64,000 bases of DNA from Vicugna vicugna (Eukaryota). Positions 26,053 to 42,470 of this stretch are shown here, in pieces. The stretch spans positions 5,700,792 to 5,764,791 of the forward strand of contig MU058384.1 in assembly GCA_013265495.1 (NCBI GenBank), written 5' to 3'. The notes under the pieces were generated by a model. The model did no database searches and was not told the DNA's origin. It saw only the letters and a list, made by a program, of their open reading frames with translations. Within the stretch, counting starts at the first letter, position 1. Each line of letters opens with the position of its first letter. The position numbers were made by a program, and so were the translations under genes.

Positions 26053-27469
26053 TGTATGTATATATAATCACAGAGGATGAGAATACAATTACCCACCAAC
26101 TTGGCACTAAGCATTTGCCCCACTTGCCCACGGACTATGGCTCTTGCCACTTCTGGCAACCTTACAGTCTTTCTGCGACAGCTGTAAAACTCCTTCGTCC
26201 AAGGTGGCACTGCATAATAGGGGCCCTTTTATCAAGACTTTATCACAATAGGGAGAAGGATATTTTTAAAAGATATAAAGTAGAAGGGTTTAGAATTAAA
26301 GGTTCATTCAGGCTTTCTGGCAATATGAAAGTTGTGGAAGAACTTTATGATTGCAGGACAGGAAGGAAAGATTCTGTGAGGTGGCTGTGTTACTCCCTGT
26401 GTCCTCAGGCTGGACAAGAGTCCTGAAGCTCTTGGGGAAAATTGACTGAATAATGAAAGTCAAACAGGTTAAGACAACATTCTTTTCTAGAAACCAAATC
26501 CAGGTGGTATCGTTAATGAAGAGGGTCTTCCCTCCCTTAATTTCTACATATCTACGAATCCAGCATGACATTTTGCTACCACCATCTACTGAGGGTACCT
26601 CTACTTTTCAAGATGATGCGAGGCAGTCACAGAATGCCAGGAAGAGGCTTTGAGAGTACCAGGCAGCCTTCCTGATTATGCTACTCTTAGAGAGACAGCT
26701 CGTTCTCTCTTTCTTTAAATTCTAAGGAAAGAACGGTTCTCCTTGATCAATTGCCAGTGTCTCATGACTATGAGCAGTGCAGCACCTACAAAACGGGGGA
26801 GGTTCATAACGGGAACAGGTCAGAGGGCCTGCAGCTCCAAACAGAAGTAAAGGGTCATGGGACCTAATGGGATTCTCATTTTTAAATTCTGTCTTTATAG
26901 ACAGTAAAAAATTTGGGGGCAAAGGAGACTTCGAGGGGCAATGTAACAAAAGAAAAAAGAAGCTACATTTTTCTAACTCTTTGGAAGATTCATCTCTGGT
27001 CTTGGAAACAAGAGGCTAAACTGACATTTTCTCAAGCTGGTCAGGTGAAAACTGAGATGGCCGCCCTCCCAGTGGCTTGATTCTCTGAACTTGACAAAGT
27101 ATCCGTTGAATGTTGTCTGTAGAAAAGAGCATCTCCTTTAGTTTTCTTGAAACATGGTTATTCAGTATAATCATTTAATGATCCTATTGGCCCAAAAGCC
27201 TTGGTTTCAATACCTTCATTGTACTTCATTTATAATATTTAGTCCTTCTGTTTTTTTGAAGTAACTGAGAAGCATTAATATGTGATATGTAATGAAATAG
27301 TTAAAGCTAAAGGTTTTAGAGTTTGGCTTGATTTTGTTTTGCTTTTTATAGTGAGGTGTCACATGGCTGTTTGGAAATGTACCCTTGATTATTTGCTGAC
27401 GAGAGGAAAACTAAATTTGGTTGAGAACAATTCATGTACCCAACAATATATCAGGGGCATATTATTAAA

Positions 27470-27860
27470 CCTTTTTTATTAAGCACTTCCTAAGGGGTCA
27501 GGCGCTCTGCGAGGCACCAGGGATACTCTGGAGAATGAGACAGATAAAGACTACTTTTTAGTTGGGAGAGACAAGCCACAAGTACTAAAAAAGTCAGATA
27601 ATGAAACAATATGCAGGTAATTGAAACGGGATGAGCGACACTGTGTAAGCGATGTTTTCTCTAAGAGCTGGATGGCAAGAAGGATCCAGCCACGTGAGCA
27701 CCAGGGGGAAGCATTCCAGGCGGAGGCCACAGCACAGAGTCATCTGAGTGAGCCCCAGGCTTGGCTGCAGAAGGAACAGGGAGCCGAGGGGGAGGGGGAG
27801 GGAAGAGTGGAAAGAAAGGGAGTTGAAGAGTGATCTGGTGGGAGATTGTCAGGCAGAAGA
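27470..27860 (-). mobile_element. L2 LINE fragment
   Basis: ttattaagcacttcc...caggcgctctg; gcattccaggcggaggccacagc. Confidence 0.7.
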
Positions 27861-29094
27861 GAAACATGAATTGTTCGTGTTGTCTGGTCTTCAATGAACT
27901 CGAAGTCCAGAGAGGCACCTGAAATTTCAATAACTAACAGCCCCAAAATCCCTGACAATGGAGGAGGGTGAAAGCATCGAAAGGATGAGCTGGGGGCAGA
28001 GCGTTTTTGCAGGAAGTCCCCTGAGGTGGCTCTGGGCCTTCCCAAGTGTCTTTGTAGATGACCTTTCCCCAGCTGTCTCAGAACTGTGCAGTATCAGAGC
28101 TACAGGAGAACTTCCAGCACATTCACTTGAGAAAGTGAATATTCTAAATGGTTCACCAACATGCTCAAGTCTGGATTTTAATGGTGTGATGGCATGGCTG
28201 GGCCTTTGGAAAAGTAGAAATTTCTGTTAGCCTGCCTTTGCTTTTGGGGGAGTGCTGTTCGATTTGACAAAATAAATATAGACCCTGCCCTCCCTGAGAA
28301 TGGCCCCTCTGCCCACCTCGGGCAGCCTTGTTAGATTCGTGACTTAGCACGGCACCTGGCACAAGAGAGGCACTCCACAGAGGACGGAAGGATTAAAAGT
28401 GACAAGCCACCATCCACTGGAGCTTGTATCTCTTTCCTTGACTGGAGGACAAGCTAAATGACCTAGAAGAAGTGCCTTCTGTGCTAACTGGCCTTCTCTG
28501 ACTTGCTTTCAAGGACTCTATCCTCTCAATGGGCCCTGTTTACATTCCAGTATTTTCCATCTACCTTGAGCAATGAAAAACTCCTCTGGTTTAGCTTTTG
28601 GCTTACTCTCTACTTTTCACCTTAAACTTTAGCTTTTACTTCAAACACTTAGTAAACCAGCATTTACTCCGTTATCATGGCATTCAGCTCTTTGATACTG
28701 CCTCTTCTGGAACATTGTCTGTGTGGAGACCAAGGGAGGAGGAGGGAGTTTGAAAAACAAAAAAGATCACCGTTTCAGGCCTTTATAAGAATTCCCATCC
28801 AATTGGCCTAAACTTGGCCCAGCAGATTAAGTGACCCATACTGTTTCTATTTTTTAAACACAGCACATAACCATTCCTATTTTGATTTCTTGGAGCCCTT
28901 TGTGTTATATGATGTATTCTGTTTGAGGCTGTGATACATGTGGGTTGGGGGTTAAGGAACACAGACACGTCATGTTTTCTATGTGAGATCCCAAGTTGAG
29001 CGAGGCACTTAACTAAATTCTTTATTTCAGTTACTTTTCTCAATTTATATTAAGTATTAGTATGCTCATTATACAGATTAAGAGATGAAGATTT

Positions 29095-29185
29095 GGGGGT
29101 TGGGTACAGCTCAGTGGTAGAGCACATGCTTAGTATGCATGAAGCCCTGGGTTCAATCCCCAGTACCTCCATTAAAAACAAAGAG
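29095..29185 (+). mobile_element. Vic-1-type SINE nested in MIR
   Basis: agctcagtggtagagc...gggttcaatccccagtacctcc; flanks agagatgaagattt / agagactaagattt. Confidence 0.88.
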
Positions 29186-31171
29186 AGAGAGACTAAGATT
29201 TAGAGAAACCCTGTCTAAGGTCTCACAAGTGAAGAGCCTCAATTGTAGCCAACATACGTGTTCTGCAAAGATTCCTTTCCTCATCATGTGACTGACACTC
29301 CTGAGCTTGCTGTAGGAGGTGACATCAGAATTTATGAAGCTTACATTCAGGGTTGAAATCAAAAGCAAGCTCACTAAATTCTTTAAAGTAAAATGATGCT
29401 GGTCCACCTTCTGCCAGCCATCTCGTCCCTCCTGGTTTTCCCACTGCTAGTTACTGCCACATTTTTCTTACTGCGTTGCTAGAATGTGTAGGCAGGGTTT
29501 ACAGGAAACAGTCCGTAGCGGTGGTCCAACCTTCTGTTGCTTCTTGCTAGACTGATTATAGGGTCAGAAATGGCCACTAACCCATCCAAGACTAGCACCT
29601 TAGCTACTGGGGAGTTTCAGATGGACCAATTTTGTTTATTAAAGGATTGGTTTGAAAACAAAAAATGAGGGAGGGATTCACCCTGAGCAAATGAAAGCTT
29701 CACCTTTTGAGTTTCACTTTAGTTTAGCAAAAGATGTCTGCCAGAAATCCAGGCTCTTTATTTACTATTGGCACTTTGTAAGTAAAGTTGGGGTGCAAGG
29801 GAGCCCTTATACTGTCTTCGTGTCGGTTACAACTTTAATATGTGTGCCCCAAGAAGGGCTCGCCCTGCAAAGAAATTCCAAGCCCTGTGTTGCCTGAACT
29901 CTGAGGCTGGGCTGCAAGACACGCAGGGGATGCAGGTGCAGACGTGGGGTCACTCTGGACAGAGTAAGTCGAGAGGCCCTGAAGCCCGAAGCCCTCTGGC
30001 CTGATCCTCACCACAGTGCCTGACATTTTATCACTGCAAATTAATTTTTCAATCAACAAAGGCCTTTTAAGATGGAAATGCCTAGCAATAAACAAACGCC
30101 TACCCAAAAATGCCTAATAATAAAGCTACGTCAGTAATACATAAGGCTTCCGGGAAAGCCATGGTCTTCTTGTGTTTAGAAAGTCACAGATAATATTGAA
30201 TTTTGACTTCAAAAATTTTCCAACTTGTTCTTGAATTATTTTTCATAATCATGTAGAAGTTTCCTTGGATGTCATTTTCCAGGGCCATCCTGAGAGCCAA
30301 CTATAAAGCTGTTGAATAAGTTCTGTGCCTCACCCACAGAACTCACAGTGTATTCTCATCGACAGTTATTCTGTGTTTTTATTTCTTGTTCGTTGGATTA
30401 CGCTACATCAGATGTTGACAGCATTACAGAGAAGGTGAGCTTTCAGCCCAGCACAGACCCACTGGCTTGTTGCTCTCTAGATTTCTATTCCAGCCATGTC
30501 CAGAGCTACCACTGGCCTCCCTCCTTTAATTTATCCCCTGACTGAAGTCCAAAAGTTACTACAAAACTATCCCCCACCCCCAACTTTCCTGTGGTCCAAC
30601 TTTCTAGAAAGGATGGGCAGAGAACATTGGTGCTATCACCTCTGACAGATCGCTAATCCCTGTGCTAGATTAGAACCATGCTTGTCTGAACTTTCACTCA
30701 TCTTCCATTCATACATAAATGCCCTCTTCCAACTTCCAACATTTCCTTATATGTTTGTGTATGCAAATTTGTTCATTTTTTAATGACATAAGGCTAGTAT
30801 AAAAAAAAAAAGCAAATGTCCTTCAAAGGAGTAACACTTAAATGATCAATCACATTTTATTTTGAATTAACTTTTCAAAATATATTGGAACATTTCCCTT
30901 TTTGAAAGGGATTTTCCTGGGTGGCTTTTAGATCTCTTCACAAGAAGGTTCAATTCACCTTTGTGGGTTATCCCCCCACCTGTTGTCTCACTATGCAAGG
31001 TCATTTTTACCACTGTCTCTTGCATCTCATACAATCTTTGATGCATAGAAGAATCTCTGGATGAATGGATGAATGAATTCCACCATGCCTAGAGCTATGT
31101 CAGACATGGAGATGCCAATGCAGGCTAGTAATCAGCAATCCTTCAAATGGGTATATTTTTTAAGACATTAT

Positions 31172-31298
31172 TTGGTGGGGGGGAGAGGATTAGGTTTTTT
31201 TATTTTATTATTATTATTTTTAATGGAGGTACTGGGGATTGAACCCAGGACCTCGTGCATGCTAAGCACGCACTCTACCACTGAGCTAGTCCCTTCCC
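31172..31298 (-). mobile_element. Vic-1-type SINE
   Basis: Reverse-complement tRNA-Ala head plus 3' tail; TSD aagacattat / aaggcattat. Confidence 0.9.
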
Positions 31299-31519
31299 TG
31301 CAAGGCATTATCAATTCCATATTTACTGGGGGGAGAGGGACAGGCAGTGGGGGAGGGGGGAGAGGCAGATTTGTGCCAGCTAAGATCTTTTTCATTTCAC
31401 TTGAAAGTGCTGCCTTCAGCAGTAGCAGCAAGAGGGCCATATACATTTGCTTGCCTGTAAAGTCCCAGTCAGGACCATCTTTCCAAATTATTCCAGAGAT
31501 GCTACATAGCATGTTAGAG

Positions 31520-31865
31520 TTTGGTGCTCATGCTATGTCCTCTGCCTACAATGCCTTTCCTCTTTTGTACCTAGCTCGTCTTTCCAGGATCAGACCAAAT
31601 ATTATTTATTTGTGGGGACTTTCCTCAATAATACCACATCAGCTGCCTCTCCCCAGTAGAAAATTCCTCTCTGTTGTTCCATGGCATATGGCTCAGGTCT
31701 TTAACACTCCTCGTGCTGGATTATAATGTACATGTGTGTTTCCCCACTTAGAATGAGTACTTCTGTGAAGTCAGATAACTGGATTACTCATCTGTGTCCC
31801 TTGATCTTAATATTTGTGCTTACCTAATGAAAGCATGTTAAATGCTTGCACAAATTAATAAATAG
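31520..31865 (+). mobile_element. L2 LINE 3' fragment
   Basis: gctcatgctatgtcctctgcctacaatgcc...tccccacttagaatgag. Confidence 0.65.
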
Positions 31866-34355
31866 AGGAAAAGGAGGGAAAGAGGGAGGAAGGAAAGAAG
31901 GAAGGACAGAATGAAGGATGGATTGGTCCAACATCTCCTATGGTAATTAGCTGAGAGCCGGGTTTTGAGTCAGTCAGCATTACTGGGAAAAGAGATAGGA
32001 GGCAATATTTCAGCATTTGAGGGACCAGAGTATGTCACTGCCATGATGGAGGGGGGAGTGGGAGAGGCATAGAAGTCAACTTCAGGGACAAAGAAATGTT
32101 ACTTGAAGGAGAGAAATCTGATCCTAAAAGCAAGCTTTGATACCTCACGATTTTGCCTATCATCCGTCCAATCCAGAAGAAAAATAACAGTAATTGCTTA
32201 GTCCTTAATCATTAAAAAATGTTGTTAGAGAAAACAACCTAAGGTCTCCAGACCAGACAGCTACATGTACATTATTTAACAAAACCCTATTCCAAAGTTT
32301 TTACAGTGTATAGTCATGTTTATTCAAAACGATTGTCTTGGGGAAAAAAAGAATAATCTCTGTATAAGTAAACGTGTAGTTTTGTGGGGTTTAGTAACTC
32401 TTAATATCATTATTCTAGATAATGAGTTCTCTTACTTATCTACTGTATCACATTCCTAACTCCTTTGTGCATGTCAATTTTGACAATTATGAATATGAAG
32501 GTAATAATCACTATAGAACCTGTGTTCTATAAATAGACATTTATTTAACCACCATTGCTAGTTACTTATCTATAATAGCTATGCTGAATAAGCTCGTTTG
32601 TCATCACCATTTTCTATTTGATGAATACTGGAAAAAAGACATGCACTTGGTGTCAACCTCCAACAAAAACTGATTCATTTCTTTGCTCTCTGGAGTAATA
32701 ATTATATTTTCTGGCATTTCTATGCACTTTTTTGGTTGATGCTCCAGGGAAACAAGTTTCTATGCATTAACCAATAAGCATGGGAACCTAAACTGTGCAC
32801 AGGATTGCTCTAGGATTTATGACACTTTGAGCAATACAAAATAATTATATTGCCCTGTTATCAGTAAAAGATATTGTATCTAAGGAATGAAGACTAACAC
32901 AGCTGACACATTAATTAAAGAAGTAGTCCAAGGGGGTGATAAGTTCTTATAAAAATATTTTTCAAAGTATTTCCCCTAATATGTTGAGAAATACCAGGAA
33001 TTGGTTTTCTGAACCTTTACTTTAAATGGAAAGAATAATACCTTAATAAAGCTTTCCGGTTGTTGTATTTATAGTTCATTATTAAGGAGAGATAAAGTGG
33101 AAAATCGAAAATGATTTTCGTATTAAAATACACTTGCATTGGAAAATGCTTTGTTTCAGTGCAAACATTACAACTTGGTGATTAATTCCCATTTGAAAGT
33201 TTTGATTGCAATTTTCCCAGTATAAGGCATAAATGAGACGATTGGCTTGGAGGAGTAATTAACGTATCTCATATCAAGCCGCCTTTATATTTTCTTTGAC
33301 TGCACAAGGTGGTGTAGAGAAATTACCTGGAACTGATTAAACCTCAGGAGAGAAGTGGGGGAAAGCATGCATTTGGGAGTAGTTCTCCCGGAGAACGCGA
33401 GCGCCCTCTAGGTTGTATTTATAAGCAGAGTCTTGTGACGCAACTCCCGTCCCTTCACCAGCAGGGAGTAAGAGGGAAGGGGCCGGATTCCTCCCGGTGG
33501 GAGCATTATCTAGACCAAAGAAAGAGGCTGGCGACGGGAAGGAAGAACCGATCAGGCGTCTGAATAGCGGCCACAGGACAACCTAAAGCCTGTCCAGAGT
33601 TAACGGGAGCGGGTCATACACAGTTCCCCCGCCTACCTCCCCCTACCCTATCCACCCGCCGCCATGTGTCACCTTCCTGTTCGGAAGTCTTAGTAGGTTG
33701 CCTGGACAGAACAGGGGGCGCCTGCTCCACCCATCAGGTATCCGGTTGGAAGAAAAGCTAGTCTCAACAACTGGATTCCCTCCGTTAAATGATAAGTTTA
33801 GCAGACCATCCGTCTCCAACTGCTGAACATTAGGGTAGGGGGAGGAGGGCGCACAGCAGACGTTCCTCTCCTGTTCCAACCACAAATCATATGGTTGTGC
33901 CTCTTCTCTATTCCACTTAGAGCCCTCTAACTTAAATTCCACGTTCCTCCTGGAATGCCGGCAGAGCTTCTTTGAGAAAATGAACCCTGTGCATGTGTTT
34001 TGAATTTTTTCCGTGATGATAATCAGTCAAGTTACATTTCTTGTGTGTCTTGCTGGGGGTGTAATAAACCCAGGACACTGATGACTGTAATTTTCTGGGT
34101 GATGTTGCAATGAAGGGAATAAGTGGCCCAGTGTTGAACTTTGCAGCTTGCTCCCTTCCTGTATGTAAATTGCCTTCATATAAAGTGGGGTTCATAACAG
34201 GGCTGGGACAGCTGCCTCTGACTCGTGCTCTCTTGTCATCTCAGTTTCCAACCTTATCAGGCACATAGCAGGGAGGCTGCTCCAAGCATAACTAAGCTCT
34301 CCCTCCAGCCTCCAGAAAGGAATCCCCAACCTTCATAACCTAGGCAACTTGAAGA

Positions 34356-34389
34356 ATGAAAGAGGAGGCTATAAAATCCCCTTTGAAAG
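34356..34389 (+). CDS. SGK1: Alternative SGK1 first-exon coding part (MKEEAIKSPLK), predicted 417-aa isoform
   Basis: ATG AAA GAG GAG GCT ATA AAA TCC CCT TTG AAA G|gtttgt; phase 1 compatible with exon 2; resembles recalled human MKEEAIKPPLK-AFMKQ. Confidence 0.75.
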
Positions 34390-35597
34390 GTTTGTCTGCT
34401 TTTACTACTATAATTTGGATGGAATGAGTAAAACAAAGATGTTTCAGAGGATTGGGGGTTGCTTGGCATGGGGAGGAGACAGGAGATGGGGAGTAGGGGA
34501 GGATCTCTGATGGAGATTTCTTAATGTTTAAAAACCGAACAAGCAGAAATCTTGGTGCAGGTTGGTGTTTCTGGGCATCCTTTGAAAAATCTGCTCTCTC
34601 AAAAGGGGAAGGAACCATGTGGGAGCAGGACTAGGCTAGGCTTGTTGAATAACGGGGCACTGGCAATAACAAAGTCATATTCTAGGAAAAACCCATCCAA
34701 GAGGAAGCAGAAATGGGCCAGTTACTGTGATTTGGAGTTTCCTCAACCTTGCTTTAGGTTGAAGTGTCAGTTTCAGGCAATCCTTAGTGCTTTTTTAAGA
34801 GTGGGAAATTTCCCAGCCAGCCTCCAGGAGAGAGGATGTGTGTTCTCTTATGCCAGTTTGGGGCTGTTATAACTGAGCAAAACAAGAAGCAGTTGAGGCT
34901 ACAGACGGCATTGGGGCAAACGAGGTGGTTGTGAGTGCAAAACAAGTTCTTGTCCAGAACCAGAGAAAAAACTTTACATGCTAGTCTTGGTTTTGACATC
35001 TGGTATTTCGGAGTGTGTCAGATCCAGCAGGCAACTTTAAAATGGCAGGGCCAGCAACGGGTCATGGCAGGGCAGTCACCGCAGACAGCACCAGCGAGCG
35101 CCAGGTATCCGGCCCTGCAAATCTTAGTAACTTGCAGCTCTTTCCCCTCCTGGCCCAGCTGGCAATCAGACTGCAGCTCCCAGGCAGCTCCCAGCGGCCG
35201 GGTTACTGGCAGGCACCGCACCGCTACTTTGCAGAGCTTTCCTCCTGGCTTTGCTTTCTGGAGCAATCTCTCAGGACTTAAGGAGTCAGTTTATCTGGGA
35301 CTTGAGAGAAAGAGCAAAGTGGTAAAACTCTACAAAGTCTCCTGGGTCAGCCCTGAAATAAACCCAAGGAAGGGTAGGGAAAACACAGACTAAGGGATCT
35401 GAAGACAATTGGATGCGACCCGGCGGAGTTTTCAGGTCGGGGAGCGGGAGAGGGAACCTCCGGAGTCGATGATGCCCGGAGTGTCGACACCGCACCGCCC
35501 CGGGGTCAAGCCGGGTCGGTCCCCTAACTTGCCACCTCTTCACGTGTTCTTGGCATGGCAGGGATTAAAAATGCAAGGGAAAAAATTACATGCGCTA

Positions 35598-35612
35598 CGG
35601 ACAGAATGTTCT
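35598..35612 (+). promoter_or_regulatory. Glucocorticoid/mineralocorticoid response element (CGGACAgaaTGTTCT)
   Basis: Near-consensus GRE ~1.25 kb upstream of the TATA box, agreeing with the known SGK1 promoter GRE about 1 kb upstream. Confidence 0.85.
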
Positions 35613-35972
35613 CAAAGATTACTTTAGGGGAAAAAAAATTGAGAAATGCAGGTTTTTTTTTTCCTTTAAGCAGAGACGAATTTTATTTCCGCCCCCTCCC
35701 CTCCACATTCCTGACCTCTCCCTCCCCCTTCCCTCTTTCTTTCCTTCCTTCCTCCTCTTCCAAGTTCTGGGATTTTTCAGTCTTGCTTGGCTTTGGCCGA
35801 AAGCACAAAAAAGGCGTTTTCGGAAGCGGCTCGGCCGTGCACAAGGGCCATTTGTTTGTTTTGGGACTCGGGGCAGGAAATCTTGCCCGGCCTGAGTCAC
35901 GGCGGCTCCTTCAAGGAAACGTCAGTGTTCTCTTGTCGCCCTCGCCCGCTGCGCGCCGGGCCGCCGCTGCCC

Positions 35973-36090
35973 ATGGGGGAGATGCAGGGCGCGCTGGCCA
36001 GGGCCCGGCTCGAGTCCCTGCTCCGGCCCCGCCACAAAAAGAGGGCCGAGGCGCAGAAAAGGAGCGAGTCCTTCCTGCTGACCGGACTGG
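35973..36090 (+). CDS. SGK1: Alternative SGK1 first-exon coding part (MGEMQGALARARLESLLRPRHKKRAEAQKRSESFLLTGL), predicted 445-aa isoform
   Basis: cccATGG start; G|gtaagc donor; 118 nt, phase 1; matches the recalled human MGEMQG isoform N-terminus. Confidence 0.9.
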
Positions 36091-36731
36091 GTAAGCGCCG
36101 CTGCTGGCACGCCGGGGACTTGTCTCCCCTACTTCCCCACTAGTTGCTGGGATCCCGCCAGAGGGGCTGGGGGTGTACTGAGGATGGAGGAATGGGGCCG
36201 GGGCTGGAGGGAGGCGGGAGCGGGGGATCGGCCGGGCGCCCTGGCTCCATGCTGACCCCGAAGATAAGGACAGCAGGGGCCACCCTCCCCCGGCGCTGCC
36301 GCTCTGTGCCCCAAAGATAACTCCGGCTGGCGGTGCGCGGAGGCTGCCGCGTGAATTAGGGGAGAGGATCAGGGTCTGCGCCGGGGTCGCGAGGGAATCC
36401 GAGCTGAGGGTTTGAGAAACCACGGTGGGCACACAGCCACCCCGGCCGCCGCGCACTGGGCAGAAAGCGCTCAGATTTCCTGATCTGCCGCGACTCTGAT
36501 TTCCCTCGCTGGGCGGAATAAATGAGAAAGGTGGAAAATTACCCCGGCCGCTCCCTCCTCCCCGCCCCCTCTGCCTGCGGTTTCCCCGTCTCCGGCCCGG
36601 GAGCGGCGGGAGGCCGATAACAGCCCCGCGCCCGGGCCTCCCCGGGAGGCCCCCACGCCCCCTCCCCCTCCGGGCTGGCCCTCTCGCCGGGGGCGGAGCC
36701 GCCCGCCGCCGGCCGCTCTGCCGCCAGCCGA

Positions 36732-36754
36732 NNNNNNNNNNNNNNNNNNNNNNN
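36732..36754. other. Assembly gap (23 N)
   Basis: Run of N in the GC-rich promoter. Confidence 0.99.
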
Positions 36755-36850
36755 CGGGCGGGGCGGGGCGGGGCCGGGGGAGGGGCCGCGCCGCGCCGCT
36801 TCCTCGTGGTCGCGCGGGACCCGCCCCCGCGGCCGCACAACGCTTATAAA
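36755..36850 (+). promoter_or_regulatory. SGK1 core promoter: tandem GC boxes and TATA box
   Basis: Overlapping GGGCGG repeats 36756..36771; TATAAA 36845..36850, 85 nt upstream of the ATG. Confidence 0.85.
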
Positions 36851-36929
36851 GGCGGCGGCGCGGCCCCGGCGCAGAGTTGGCAGAGCCGGTCTCCCGTCGC
36901 TAGCGACTCCCTGCGCCCTGTCTGTGGCG

Positions 36930-41437
<4,508 letters not shown>

Positions 41438-42470
41438 ACAGTCTTGGGGTTGGTTGCAGAGGATTTTTCCTTGTGTTTTGGGAACGTTTTAGTTAGCCTC
41501 TTGGCGGAGCCGCCCGCTGACAGGACATCTTAAAAGAGAATTTGCACATCCCCGGAAGCTTGCGCCTCTTGGCAGTCTTATTGCACACTGTTTGCTGGAA
41601 GCTTTTCGAAGAGCACATCCTCCTCAGTGAGCTAATGAGGTTTTTTCTTCCTTCCAATGTGGTGCTATCTCTGAAATGAGCATTAGCGTGCCGCCCGAGA
41701 CAGAGGCAGTGGTCTCGTTAGAAGGAGGGCGCTGTTCTAAGAAGGAGCTTCTGGAGGTCTGTCTGGGCTGTGATATGATATGAAATGTGCCTTTTCTGAT
41801 GAGATCGCGTTAGCTCCAAAGCTTTTCCTAGTGCCGAGTGTTTCTGTTCTCTGTTTCCCCTCGTGGACTTCCTGTGTGATCAGCTGTATGAATGTGGTGT
41901 GCTTGCTCACAGAAGGACTCAGTTCTAAGCATCAATGTGACACTTGCAGGACACTACAACGTGGGACATTGTTTGTTTCTTCCATATTTGGAAGATCAAT
42001 TTATATGTAGACTGTTTTTTTTTTTGTAAGATATAGTTAATAACTAAAATTTATTGAAAATGGTCTTGCAATGACTCGTATCCAGATGCTTAAAGAAAGC
42101 ATTGCTGCTACAAATATTTCTATTTTTAGAAAGGGTTTTTATGGACCAATGCCCCAGTTGTCAGTCAGAGCCTGGTGTTTTCATTGTTTAAAATGTCACC
42201 TGTAAAATGGGCATTATTTATGTGTTTGGTTTTTTTTTTTTTGCATTCCTGATAAGTGTATGTATTGTACAAAGGAAGTCTGTACATTGGGTTGTAACAC
42301 TAGTATATTTAAACTTACAGGCTTATTTGTAATGTAAACCACCATTTTAATGTACTGTAATTAACATGGTTATAATATGTACAATTCTTCCCCCCTCCAC
42401 CACCACACACCTTTTTTTGTGTGTGATAAACCAACTTTGGTTTGCAATAAAACCTTGAAAAATATTTACA
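41438..42470 (+). other. SGK1: SGK1 3' UTR (AU-rich)
   Basis: Runs from the stop codon to ~20 nt past AATAAA; ATTTA and TGTA motifs; free of recognisable interspersed repeats. Confidence 0.8.
42446..42451 (+). terminator. SGK1 polyadenylation signal AATAAA
   Basis: Preceded by several TGTA motifs and followed by GT/T-rich sequence (ttgtgttagtgtgttattttt). Confidence 0.85.

Noticed and set aside
29095..29172. Possible tRNA-Ala genes
   Set aside because: Have A-rich tails, TSDs and broken stems; they are SINE copies
31073..31726. 217-aa plus-strand ORF
   Set aside because: Runs through an antisense SINE and an L2 fragment; chance ORF
32512..32531. tatagaac-ctgt-gttctata inverted repeat resembling a GRE
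   Set aside because: Half-site spacing is 2 nt rather than 3; a short palindrome expected by chance in AT-rich DNA
35911..36840. 309-aa minus-strand ORF and other long ORFs at 35-37 kb
   Set aside because: Stop-poor GC-rich CpG island; crosses an N gap; low-complexity Arg/Gly/Pro with no recognisable domain
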